Below are positions 16,985 through 25,993 of a DNA stretch of 64,000 bases, in pieces. The notes below the pieces were generated by a model. It was given only the letters and a program-made list of their open reading frames with translations, was not told the origin of the DNA and did not search any database. Position 1 is the first letter of the stretch; each line of letters starts with the position of its first letter. Both the position numbers and the translations under genes were made by a program. Origin of the DNA: Dehalococcoidia bacterium UBA2160 (lineage in GTDB: Bacteria > Chloroflexota > Dehalococcoidia > Lucifugimonadales > UBA1123); assembly GCA_002328865.1 (NCBI GenBank), contig DCWO01000139.1, forward strand, positions 27,633 through 91,632, read 5' to 3'.

Positions 16985-17168
16985 GGGCGCCTCCATTGGG
17001 CTGTCGGATTGCAGGATATTCTATGGCTACGGCTGAGCCTGCGCAACCCTCGGCGGACCAGACTCCCCGATCTGGGTTCGACATGCTGGAGGCGGGCTCG
17101 TCAGCATCAGCGTATAATTGCCAGGGGTCGCCTGACGGACGGCGGCAGTGTGCAGCAGGAGGGTTACG

Positions 17169-17534
17169 ATGCCGGAGGGCCATTCGGTGGTGACGGAATA
17201 CGCGGACGAACTGGTCCAAACCCCTCGGGCCCACCTAAGACTTGAACTCAAACAAGACGAAGACGGACTGTCGCTGGAGCATACTGGTCAGCTCCTCGCC
17301 AGATGTCACCTGAGCAGGGAGGGCATGGTGGCGGGAGGATTCTTGGCAAAAGCCCTTGGTGTGCCGATTCCTCCGATCGGAGAATCGGTGACCGCCCGGG
17401 TCTCGACAGGTGTGCTGTACCGTGCTCTGGGAATCTGTCAGTTGGACTTCGAAGAGGAATCTTCTTTCGTGCTCTTGGAGCGTCTGCTCGACGAAGCCGA
17501 GATGCAACGGGGCGCTCGAAGCGACGCCGAGTAG
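17169..17534 (+). CDS. hypothetical protein
   Basis: 121 aa from ATG 17169, with a strong SD (AGGAGGG at 17157-17163, 5-nt spacer). Composition is normal. No family recognised. Confidence 0.55.
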   Translation: MPEGHSVVTEYADELVQTPRAHLRLELKQDEDGLSLEHTGQLLARCHLSREGMVAGGFLAKALGVPIPPIGESVTARVSTGVLYRALGICQLDFEEESSFVLLERLLDEAEMQRGARSDAE

Positions 17535-17616
17535 TCGTCTGCGTTGATTTGGCCTCCGGTTGGCTCTATAATCGTTGCGGATTTTGTGATGCACGCGAAG
17601 AGAGGTCGGAAGTTCT

Positions 17617-18039
17617 TTGCCTGTTGATTACGGTGCCCTCTCGCCCGGACAGACGATTTCACGGCACACATACGTCGTGGACGACGCCATGGTCGATCGC
17701 TACGTGGACGCAGTTCAAGACGAATCGCACATGGCAACGGAGCGCGAACTGGCGCCTCCGATGTCAATCGCGGCTCTGAGTCTGACAGGCGTGGTTCAAG
17801 ACCTCCAAATCCCTGGCGGGACGCTTCACGTCGGCCAGGAGTTTCAGTTTTCGGGAGCGGTTTCGGTCGGCGCCACGCTTGAGTGCGTGGCCACGTTGAA
17901 GACGAACTCCATCCGCGGCGGTTGGAGGTTCATGGTGGTGGACTCGGTGGTTACGGAAGGGGGAAACCGGCTGGTGATGACCGGAAAGAGCACCATTACG
18001 CTTCCCGAAGACCTCGCTGGCGGCGGGGCTGGAAAGTGA
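17617..18039 (+). CDS. MaoC/hotdog-fold protein lacking the hydratase motif (HadA-like, probable non-catalytic dehydratase subunit)
   Basis: 140 aa with a TTG start. Hotdog-like length and pattern (GQEFQFSGAVSVGATLECVATLK...RFMVVDSVVT). No D-x-N-P-x-H motif. Its stop overlaps the start of the next gene (GTGA). Confidence 0.7.
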   Translation: MPVDYGALSPGQTISRHTYVVDDAMVDRYVDAVQDESHMATERELAPPMSIAALSLTGVVQDLQIPGGTLHVGQEFQFSGAVSVGATLECVATLKTNSIRGGWRFMVVDSVVTEGGNRLVMTGKSTITLPEDLAGGGAGK

Positions 18040-18440
18040 ATCAGGGCGATGCGCTCCCAAGCGTAGAGAAGTCCGTGACACAGGAGCGGGTCGAGCGCTA
18101 TGCTGAAGCGTCCGGTGATTTCAACCCAATCCATGTTGATGACGAATTCGCCTCACAGTCCCAGTTTGGCGGCAGAATCGCCCATGGGATGATGATCGCG
18201 GCGACCATCTCGGAGATGATGACCACCGCGTTCGGACGAGCCTGGCTCGAATCGGGCCGGATGAAGATCAGGTTCCGCGCGCCGGTGTTCCCGGGCGAGC
18301 AGATTCGGACCGGCGGCACGGTGAAATCGGTTCGAGAACGAGACGAAGGCGTTGAGATTGCGTGTGCCGTCCAAGTGACCAAGGACAATGGCGAAACCGC
18401 CATCAGTGGAGACGCCGTCGTTACCGTGGAGGCCGGATAA
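18036..18440 (+). CDS. MaoC-like (R)-specific hydratase/dehydratase (HadB-like catalytic subunit)
   Basis: 134 aa from GTG 18036. YAEASGDFNPIHVDDEFA matches the hydratase-2 core (S-G-D-x-N-P-I-H-x5-A). Followed by GGRIAHGMM. The track ORF starts earlier at 17883, but that part overlaps the previous gene. Confidence 0.8.
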   Translation: MNQGDALPSVEKSVTQERVERYAEASGDFNPIHVDDEFASQSQFGGRIAHGMMIAATISEMMTTAFGRAWLESGRMKIRFRAPVFPGEQIRTGGTVKSVRERDEGVEIACAVQVTKDNGETAISGDAVVTVEAG

Positions 18441-18499
18441 ACCGTCATGCGAGTGGATTGTTTTCAAGGGGCTGGGTTTGAAGACGAGGAGGGAACGTT

Positions 18500-19519
18500 T
18501 TGACCGCTGAACAGAATCTTGTCAGGATCGCCGTGGATGCCATGGGCGGCGACAACGCGCCTGCCGAGATCGTCAAAGGAGCGGTTGAGTTTGCCAGGAC
18601 CGGAAGCGCCCAGATCATGCTGGTCGGAGACGAAGACGCATTAAACTCGGAACTAACCGGGCTCGACACCGACGGCCTGCCCGTCGCCGTCGTCCCGTCG
18701 GAAGGCGTCATCAGAGAAGGTGAGCCGCCGGCGTTGGCGTTGCGGCAGAAACCCAAAGCCTCCATAGTCGTCTCGACCGCGATGGTAAAACGGGAGCAGG
18801 CCGACGCAAGCGTTACCATGGGGTCCACCGGGGCGGCCATGGCGGCTGCGGCGGTTGTGCTTGGAATGACGAAAGGCGTGGAGCGTCCGGCGCTGGGGGG
18901 ACCAATCCTCGGCACGGCGCCGAGAACCGTGATATTGGACGTTGGAACCAATGTAGATTGCAGGCCTCAACAGCTCGTCAGTTTCGCGGTGATCGGAGAT
19001 GTCTTCGCCCGCCACTTTTGGAACATCGAAAAACCGCGCGTCGCCCTCCTGAGCGTTGGCGCCGAGGTCGGGAAAGGCAACCGGCAAGTTCGCGAGACAA
19101 CTGAGTTATTGGAAAAGAGCGGCCTGAATTTCGTGGGCAACGTGGAAGCTCACGAGCTGGCCAAAGGAGCGGTCGACGTCGCCGTATGCGATGGATTCGT
19201 CGGCAACATCGTCATGAAGCTTACGGAGGGAATCGGGGATGCGATGGACGCGCGTCTCCGAGATCTGCTCGACGGCGCGCTGCCGCCTGAAGAGGTCAAC
19301 CGCGTGACCGCTGGTTTCCACGAACTGACAAATGTGGTCGAGATGACCGGCGGAGGGCCGTTGTTCGGCGTGAACGGCGTAACCGTGGTCGGGCACGGCT
19401 CGGCGAAAGCCACCGCAGTGTATCGCGCCATCGGAGTGGCTAAGATCGCAGTCGAAACTGGGTACGTCCCTCAGATCAACCGAGACCTAGAGGCAGTCCA
19501 CGCCAAACTCGATGCATAA
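18500..19519 (+). CDS. plsX: phosphate acyltransferase PlsX
   Basis: 339 aa. RIAVDAMGGDNAPAEIVKGA, LLSVGAEVGKGN, DVAVCDGFVGNIVMK and GVNGVTVVGHGSA are canonical PlsX motifs. Confidence 0.95.
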   Translation: MTAEQNLVRIAVDAMGGDNAPAEIVKGAVEFARTGSAQIMLVGDEDALNSELTGLDTDGLPVAVVPSEGVIREGEPPALALRQKPKASIVVSTAMVKREQADASVTMGSTGAAMAAAAVVLGMTKGVERPALGGPILGTAPRTVILDVGTNVDCRPQQLVSFAVIGDVFARHFWNIEKPRVALLSVGAEVGKGNRQVRETTELLEKSGLNFVGNVEAHELAKGAVDVAVCDGFVGNIVMKLTEGIGDAMDARLRDLLDGALPPEEVNRVTAGFHELTNVVEMTGGGPLFGVNGVTVVGHGSAKATAVYRAIGVAKIAVETGYVPQINRDLEAVHAKLDA

Positions 19520-19566
19520 TCTGGACACACGGACGAAATGACGATAGATCCGCGTCAGGAGGAGTC

Positions 19567-20319
19567 TTGGTCAAGTCCGACATTGAAGGCAAATTCGCAC
19601 TCGTAACCGGCGCTTCGAAAGGCATCGGCAGAGCTATCGCCCTGAGGTTGGCCGATGAAGGCGTCAACGTTGCGGTCAACTACAATCGGTCCGAGGACGC
19701 CGCCCACAAGGTGGTGGCCGATCTGGAGGCCGTGGGCGTCAAATCGTTCGCGGTCCACGGGGACGTCAGTCAAGTCGATCAAGTTCAAGCCATGGTTTCC
19801 AGTGTGCAAGACGCGTGGGGCAGAATCGACATCCTCGTAAACAACGCGGGCATCATAAGCGACGGACTGCTCGTGCGTATGTCCGACACTGCTTGGGATG
19901 ACGTCATGGGGACCAACCTGAACGGCACATTCCATTGCACCCGCGCAGTGTTGCGTCAGATGATCCGCCAACGCTGGGGACGGATCATCAACATCGGATC
20001 GGTCGTAGGAATCAGAGGGAATATCGGACAGGTCAACTACTCTGCATCCAAGGCGGCGATCATCGGCTTCACCAAAGCGCTGGCTAAGGAAGTGGCGACC
20101 CGAAACATCACGGTCAACACCGTGACACCCGGATACATCAGCACCGACACCGTGGACGTGCTTCCCCAAGAAACCAAAGACCGCATCATGACGTGGATAC
20201 CGCAGGGACACTTCGGAGAAGTGGACGACGTGGCGCACTTGGTCGCCTACATCGCCAGCGAGCGAGCAAAATACCTGACCGGCCAGATCGTCAGCATCGA
20301 CGGCGGGATGGCCATCTAG
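19567..20319 (+). CDS. fabG: 3-oxoacyl-[ACP] reductase
   Basis: 250 aa. ALVTGASKGIGRAIA, NNAGI, SVVGIRGNIGQVNYSASKAAIIGFTKALAKE, TGQIVSIDGGMAI. Directly downstream of plsX. Confidence 0.9.
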   Translation: MVKSDIEGKFALVTGASKGIGRAIALRLADEGVNVAVNYNRSEDAAHKVVADLEAVGVKSFAVHGDVSQVDQVQAMVSSVQDAWGRIDILVNNAGIISDGLLVRMSDTAWDDVMGTNLNGTFHCTRAVLRQMIRQRWGRIINIGSVVGIRGNIGQVNYSASKAAIIGFTKALAKEVATRNITVNTVTPGYISTDTVDVLPQETKDRIMTWIPQGHFGEVDDVAHLVAYIASERAKYLTGQIVSIDGGMAI

Positions 20320-20329
20320 GCGGCTGCAA

Positions 20330-21079
20330 GTGTCATTCGAAGGTAAGGTTGTGCTGGTTACGGGCGCCTCCAGGGGCATCGGGCGTGCGGTGGCGCTGGA
20401 GTTCGCGCGCCGTGGCGCCGACATCGCCTTCAACTATCTGCGAAACCACAGAGCCGCCTCCGCAACCCAGGCAGACATCGAAGCCCTTGGCGTTCGATGT
20501 CTGAAACTCAGAGCCCACTTGGGAGACGCTGAGAAGATCCGCGACCTGTTCGCACGCGTGGAGCAGGAATTCGGCCGGCTCGATATCCTGGTGAACAACG
20601 CCGCCACCGGCGTCCAGCGCACAGCCTCCGAACTGGAGGAGAAGCACTGGGACTGGACCATGGGGGTGAACGCCAAGGCGCCCTGGCTGTGTTCCGTGGA
20701 AGCTGCTCGCTTGATGCGTGACGGCGGCCACATCGTAAATCTCACCAGCGAAGGGTCTCGGCGCGTGCTGCCGTATTACTTTTCCGTCGGCACGTCGAAA
20801 GCGGCGCTTGAAGCGATCACGAGGTACCTGGCGATCGAATTGGCCGCGAAAAACATCTCGGTCAACGCGGTGTCGGGAGGCTACATCGAGACGGGCGCAC
20901 TTGACCACTTTCCGACGAAGGAACAGATGCTCGAGGCGGGCCGGGACACCCCGGTCGGCCGAATGGTTACCGTCGAGGACATCGCCGGAGTCGTCGCATT
21001 CCTTTGCACCCCCGGGGCAAACATGATTCGCGGCCAGGTGATTCTCGTCGATGGGGGCGTGACGCTGAAGGCCGAATAG
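20330..21079 (+). CDS. fabL: enoyl-[ACP] reductase, FabL type (SDR)
   Basis: 249 aa, collinear with my recollection of B. subtilis FabL. Shared segments: VLVTGASRGIGRA, FGRLDILVNNAATGV, ELEEKHWDWTMGVNAKA, VGTSKAALEAITRYLAIELA, ISVNAVSGGYIETGALDHFP, MIRGQVILVDGG. Confidence 0.8.
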   Translation: MSFEGKVVLVTGASRGIGRAVALEFARRGADIAFNYLRNHRAASATQADIEALGVRCLKLRAHLGDAEKIRDLFARVEQEFGRLDILVNNAATGVQRTASELEEKHWDWTMGVNAKAPWLCSVEAARLMRDGGHIVNLTSEGSRRVLPYYFSVGTSKAALEAITRYLAIELAAKNISVNAVSGGYIETGALDHFPTKEQMLEAGRDTPVGRMVTVEDIAGVVAFLCTPGANMIRGQVILVDGGVTLKAE

Positions 21080-21091
21080 GGCGCCGAGGTA

Positions 21092-21116
21092 GGCTCGGTC
21101 CAATAAAGACCGAGCC
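21092..21116. terminator. hairpin between convergent fabL and ygfZ-like genes
   Basis: GGCTCGGTC (21092-21100), loop CAATAAA, GACCGAGCC (21108-21116). This gives a perfect 9-bp stem. Confidence 0.5.
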
Positions 21117-21196
21117 ACCAGTCACCGAGTGTCGCCGATGCACCGGCGGTTTGCGGCCAAGTGCAAAAACCTACATCAGACCTGATCTTCCGAACA

Positions 21197-22189
21197 TCAC
21201 GTTATGACCACATCGACCTGGTCATCGGCGACCAGGGTCGTTCCGGGCTCGGAATGAGATTTCCGAACCAACGCCAGCGCGATGCGGCGGTCAGATCCGT
21301 CTTCGTTGAAGCTCGACGTGACAACGCCAACGCTTCGCTCGCTCGACGCCAGAGAGGCGCCAACGGGGATGGTTGCGTCAGAGTCCCACGTGAGTGACAC
21401 GAGGCGCCGCTGCACTTTGTCATAGGCGTTCAGCCGGGCGACGACCTCCTGACCGATGTAGCAGCCCTTGTTGAAGCTGACGTGTTCGAGCAGCCCAGCC
21501 TCCAGCGGATTGTACTCCTCGGTCAACTCGGCGCCAAATGTCGGGATGAGGTTTTCGATCCGCAGCAGTTCCGCCGCCGCAGGATCGACGGTCGAGACGC
21601 CGATGGCGGCGAAGCGTTCGCGAACCTCAGCCTCGGTTGTGCGGCCCGTGACTATGTCGTAAGCACTCACTCCCAAAGAATCTGTTCGGACCACGGTCAC
21701 GCCGTCCAAGGTTTGGCAGACGCCATTGTTGAACAAGTCCCAATTGCCGCAGTCCATGGCCAACGCCGCGTCGACAGCGCTGGCCGACTTCGGACCGACG
21801 ACGCTGATGGTTGCGGTCTCTTCGGTGATGTCCTGAACTTCGACGTCTTCCGTAAACGTGTAGAAGTCGATCCACTCGGCCACCTTGTGCTGGTTGCCGC
21901 GCCCTGTGAGCACGAGTAGATGATCTCCGCGGTGCAGGACGGTCAGTAAATCGATCACGCGGCCCTTGTTGGTTGTGAGCACGGTTCCCGCGCCGAGTCC
22001 AACAGTCAAGCCACGGAGGTCGTTGGTGGAGAGTCGATCCAACAGATCGATCGCGTCGTCTCCGGTGATCTTGAGTCGGCCTACGGCGGACCTATCGACG
22101 AGCGCGGTTTGTTCGGTTAGAACCCGGAACTGCGTTGAAAGGACATCGTCAACATCGCGCGAGATCGGAACTGCTTTGGGGGACGCCAT
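21197..22189 (-). CDS. folate-binding GcvT/YgfZ-family protein (Fe-S cluster-related aminomethyltransferase-like)
   Basis: 330 aa. ATG preceded by AGGAGG. GRLKITGDDAIDLLDRLSTNDL and FNKGCYIGQEVVARL are typical of the GcvT/YgfZ fold. Confidence 0.8.
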   Translation of the reverse strand: MASPKAVPISRDVDDVLSTQFRVLTEQTALVDRSAVGRLKITGDDAIDLLDRLSTNDLRGLTVGLGAGTVLTTNKGRVIDLLTVLHRGDHLLVLTGRGNQHKVAEWIDFYTFTEDVEVQDITEETATISVVGPKSASAVDAALAMDCGNWDLFNNGVCQTLDGVTVVRTDSLGVSAYDIVTGRTTEAEVRERFAAIGVSTVDPAAAELLRIENLIPTFGAELTEEYNPLEAGLLEHVSFNKGCYIGQEVVARLNAYDKVQRRLVSLTWDSDATIPVGASLASSERSVGVVTSSFNEDGSDRRIALALVRKSHSEPGTTLVADDQVDVVIT

Positions 22190-22275
22190 CGTCGCCTCCT
22201 GTCAGAACGCAAAGCGCCGCGACGTCATGCGCGGCATTGCGTTGAAGCACTGGGTTCTGGATGTTGCGGTCCGGG

Positions 22276-22626
22276 CTAGACGCTAAACGACGTGCCGCAT
22301 CCGCAGGTTGTCTTGGCGTTGGGGTTGTTGAAAACGAACCCTTTGCCGTTGAGCCCGCCCGAGTACTCCAGCGTGGTGCCGGCAAGGAACACGTACGATT
22401 TGCGGTCCACGAAGAGTTTCACGCCATGGTCTTCAATGACCTTGTCGTTCTCACTAGGCTCGGCGGCCAGATCCAGCACATAGGTGAGGCCGGAGCAACC
22501 GCCGCCTTTGACGCCGACCCTCAGGTGTGCGTCCGGGTCGCCGGCTTGTTGGGCGAACACGCGGACGTGATCCGCTGCCTGTTCCGAGATGCTGATGGTT
22601 AACGGTTCGGGCTTTACTCTTGCCAT
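22276..22626 (-). CDS. iron-sulfur cluster insertion protein (IscA/ErpA/HesB family)
   Basis: 116 aa from ATG 22626. LRVGVKGGGCSGLTY and the C-terminal CGCGTSF give the three conserved Cys of A-type carriers. Confidence 0.9.
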   Translation of the reverse strand: MARVKPEPLTISISEQAADHVRVFAQQAGDPDAHLRVGVKGGGCSGLTYVLDLAAEPSENDKVIEDHGVKLFVDRKSYVFLAGTTLEYSGGLNGKGFVFNNPNAKTTCGCGTSFSV

Positions 22627-22947
22627 TACACTCAACCGTCCTTGAAATTGAGGGACCGTTCGGAACGTCCCCAATTCATTCTACAGAATGTGTCAACCTT
22701 CTGCGCTCTGAAACAGAGTCCTGACGCGAACTGACATGCCGAGACTGATTTCGTGCTTGGACCGCATCGGATTGCCCAGGTTCGCTACACCAGCGGCTGT
22801 GATAGCCTGAGTTGATGCGACACTGGACGGACTTGGGAAGTCGTGCATGTTTGTCAACGTACACAGGCAAGGCTGAAGGGCGGCGCCACTTTGGCCCACG
22901 CGCCTCGGTAATGACGTGAACCGAGCTCGGTGGCTTGGCCGCATGCC

Positions 22948-23133
22948 CTACGCGGCGCTTTTCTTGCGGCCGGGTTTCATCTTGCCCTTCTTGATCTTGA
23001 TATTGAGCGAGAACGCTGGCTGCGTATCGCGCATGTGTCCGCACTGCAAGCATTCTTCGTAACGGCCATAGTGATCGGCACGCTCGTGCACGTCGCCGTT
23101 GCATCTTGGGCATGCCCGAAAGAGCAATGTCAT
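22948..23133 (-). CDS. small zinc-ribbon protein with Lys-rich tail
   Basis: 61 aa from ATG 23133 (SD AAGGTGGA upstream). Sequence: MTLLFRACPRCNGDVHERADHYGRYEECLQCGHMRD...IKIKKGKMKPGRKKSAA. Two CxxC pairs are present. Confidence 0.6.
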   Translation of the reverse strand: MTLLFRACPRCNGDVHERADHYGRYEECLQCGHMRDTQPAFSLNIKIKKGKMKPGRKKSAA

Positions 23134-23656
23134 GATTGCTTCCACCTTTCATCCTGCGATAGAGAAGTGATCATTGGCTTGGCGCCAACCGCCTGCCGCC
23201 GGGGCCATGTATCTCGTATCCGAACACTGCTAGGTCGCGCACCGTAGATTGATGCAGTTCGCGCAGTTCAGCATTCCATGGACTGGTCGTGGCACAAGGC
23301 AGTGGTCAGGTGTTGTGATCGCAAGTAAGGTATCATGCTATATGCGGTTTGTCAACTTTGCAATGCTTTTTGTGCATAAAAGAAGATAGGTACAGATCAG
23401 GGCTATATCGAGTGCGTCCGACGCATTGATGAGGATATCCCCGGATACGATTGACTCAACATGGGCGTGCAAAATATACTCTGTGGAAGAGTATTCGATG
23501 CTCGTCCTGTCTACATCCGTCGAACGGTGGGGGAGACCGACATCTCCCGTGGCGAGTTCGTTTACGATTTCGTCACCGCCAAAACAGATCATGCTGATGG
23601 GATGCCCCCCACGGGGCCGGCCGATCTGAACCCGCGTGGTGTAGACCGAGGTTATT

Positions 23657-24475
23657 GTGGTCGATTTCGATGGCAAAGTGGTGATAATTACCGGCGGCGC
23701 GCTCGGAATGGGGCGGGCTGCCGCTCACGAGTTCGCCAAGAGCGGCGCCGCGGTTGTCGTCGCCGATATTGACGACGAAGCCGGTGAGCGCAACGTTCGA
23801 CGCATGCACGACGAGAGCCAGAACGGTCTCTTCGTGCGCGCCGACGTCAGCGACGCTTGCGATTGCAGGGGCGTGGTCGAAGCGGCCGTCGCAGCCTTCG
23901 GCGGCGTGGACATCCTGTTCAACAACGCTGGGATCCAGCCGCCCGACTCCTACCTGAACGTTGAAGACACTTCAGAGGAGACATGGGACCGGATCACCGG
24001 CGTAAATCTCAAAGCCCATTTCTTGATGTCCAAGTACACGATCCCCGAGATGCGAAAACGCGGCGGAGGCGTGATAATCAACAACGCCAGCGTCCAGGGC
24101 TTGCAGTCGCAGCCGCTGGTGCCGGCTTACGCGGCCAGCAAAGGCGGCGTGCTGTCGCTGACTCGCCAGATGGCGCTGGATTACGCTTCCGAAGGCATTC
24201 GCGTCGTGGCCATCTGTCCGGGAACCATCGACACTGAGATGGTGAGGACAGTCGCGGCCCAGGAGGGGGGCGACATCGCCCAAACGCTCGCGCGGTACGG
24301 CGCCGGCCATCCGATTGGCAGGATAGGGCAGGGCGGCGACATTGCGGCGCTCGTGCTGTTTTTGGCCAGCGACGCCGCATCCTTTATGACCGGGACCCAC
24401 GTGGTCATCGACGGCGGCTTGATGGCCATGGGAGCATGGGCGGGCGGCGCCGGCGCGGCGACCGAAGACGATTGA
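23657..24475 (+). CDS. short-chain dehydrogenase/reductase (SDR)
   Basis: 272 aa. VVIITGGALGMGRAAA, NNAGI, NNASVQGLQSQPLVPAYAASKGGVLSLTRQMA, ICPGTIDT. Confidence 0.9.
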   Translation: MVDFDGKVVIITGGALGMGRAAAHEFAKSGAAVVVADIDDEAGERNVRRMHDESQNGLFVRADVSDACDCRGVVEAAVAAFGGVDILFNNAGIQPPDSYLNVEDTSEETWDRITGVNLKAHFLMSKYTIPEMRKRGGGVIINNASVQGLQSQPLVPAYAASKGGVLSLTRQMALDYASEGIRVVAICPGTIDTEMVRTVAAQEGGDIAQTLARYGAGHPIGRIGQGGDIAALVLFLASDAASFMTGTHVVIDGGLMAMGAWAGGAGAATEDD

Positions 24476-24516
24476 TCCGGTGGCCACACTTTTGAATGCT
24501 CTTTGGAGACGTGTCC

Positions 24517-25377
24517 ATGACAATTTTGACCAACGGGAACGACGTCTCGGTGCTCGTGGACGGGTTGGATCACCCCGAAGGCGTCGCGTGGGGCCAGGAT
24601 GGATTCGCATACGCGGGCGGCGAGGCGGGACAGATCTACCGGATCGACATCGAGCTCGGCCAGGCGGTTCAATTCGCTCAAGCGCCCAACGGGTTCATAC
24701 TCGGCATGGCGATCGATGCCGACAACAACATTTACGCATGCGACACTGGCAGCCACAGCGTGCTCCGAATAACCCAGGGTGGCGCGGTTTCCACGTACTC
24801 CCGAGGCGCGTCCGACGCGCCTTTCCACTTCCCTAACTATCCGGCATTCGACAGCCAAGGCAACCTGTTCGTCGCGTCGTCTGGCGATTGGAACGCGAGC
24901 AACGGTAGAGTTTTCAAGGTAAGGGCCGGAGGCGAAGCCGAAATTTGGAGCGATGAGTTGGCGGATTTTCCGAACGGCCTTTGCATGGGTCCGGACGAGA
25001 ACCATCTGTACGTCGCCATGAGCTTGAATCCGCCCAGGGTGATTCGGATCAACATCCAAGGCGATGGCGGCCCCGGAGAAATCGAAACTGTAGCCAATCT
25101 CCCACAGACAGTCCCGGACGGTCTGGCATTCGATACCAACGGGAACTTGTACATCTCTTGCTACCGACCCGATCGGATCTACCGGTTGTCGCCGACCGGG
25201 AATCTCGAGGTGTTGGCCGAAGACTACGAAGGCACCCTGATCGCCGCCCCAACCAACATCGCGTTTTGCGGACCAGATAGAGACATCCTGGTGTCGGCAA
25301 ACCTGGGACGCTGGCACCTCACTCGATACGAAGCGGGCGTCAGAGGGATGCGTCTACACCATCCCCGAGTGGGTTGA
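24517..25377 (+). CDS. SMP-30/gluconolactonase/LRE-family beta-propeller (probable lactonase)
   Basis: About 286 aa from ATG 24517 (GGAG 8 nt upstream). LDHPEGVAWGQDG, repeated NGxxxD blades, FPNGLCMGPDENHLYVA, VPDGLAFDTNGNLYIS. Confidence 0.85.
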   Translation: MTILTNGNDVSVLVDGLDHPEGVAWGQDGFAYAGGEAGQIYRIDIELGQAVQFAQAPNGFILGMAIDADNNIYACDTGSHSVLRITQGGAVSTYSRGASDAPFHFPNYPAFDSQGNLFVASSGDWNASNGRVFKVRAGGEAEIWSDELADFPNGLCMGPDENHLYVAMSLNPPRVIRINIQGDGGPGEIETVANLPQTVPDGLAFDTNGNLYISCYRPDRIYRLSPTGNLEVLAEDYEGTLIAAPTNIAFCGPDRDILVSANLGRWHLTRYEAGVRGMRLHHPRVG

Positions 25378-25959
25378 TTGGTTACTCAACAGCCGTGGCC
25401 TGTCGTGGTCGTGGTATCCGGGCCGCCGGCGGCTGGCAAAACAACAGTAGCCCAAGCCATGGGTCAAGCGCTCGGATTTCCCGTGCTATCGAAAGACGAC
25501 ATCAAAGAAACCTTGATGGACAACCTTGCGTGGACCGACAGGGCGTCTTCGATGGCCCTCGGCAAAGCCGCCATCGATTTGTTGTTCAGGTGGATCGCGG
25601 TCGAGATTGCCGCAAAGCGCTCTCTGATAGCGGAGATGAATTTTCACGCTCACCTTGACCCTCCGAAGTTCGTTGCCCTCCGCAAACGCATGCCGTGCCG
25701 CTTCGTGCAGGTGCATTGCACGGCGCCAAAGGACGTTCTGATCGAACGCTATCAAACGCGGGCCGCGTCAGGCGCGAGGCACCCCGGGCACTTCGACGAT
25801 GCGACCGAAGTTCAAGGTTCGATCGTGGAGCGCCTCGACCAAGGCGAATGGGCTCCGTTGCAAATTGCCGGGCCGCTCATTCATGGTGACCCAGCCGTCT
25901 GGGATTTCGACCGCATCCTCAGCGAACTCAGAACGGCCATTGACCGTCCGGAGGATTGA
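25378..25959 (+). CDS. P-loop kinase-like ATPase (AAA_33-like)
   Basis: 193 aa. Walker A VVVVSGPPAAGKTTVA. The start is immediately adjacent to the stop of the lactonase gene (TGA then TTG). Confidence 0.75.
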   Translation: MVTQQPWPVVVVVSGPPAAGKTTVAQAMGQALGFPVLSKDDIKETLMDNLAWTDRASSMALGKAAIDLLFRWIAVEIAAKRSLIAEMNFHAHLDPPKFVALRKRMPCRFVQVHCTAPKDVLIERYQTRAASGARHPGHFDDATEVQGSIVERLDQGEWAPLQIAGPLIHGDPAVWDFDRILSELRTAIDRPED

Positions 25960-25993
25960 CGGCGTCTGTACTCGGAACTCCATCGCCGAGTTG

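Noticed and set aside
23338-23676. 112-aa minus-strand ORF, plus plus-strand ORFs 23426-23629 and 23461-23772
   Set aside because: They mutually overlap and overlap the SDR start. They span a sharp compositional change and show no motifs. There is not enough evidence to call any of them a gene.
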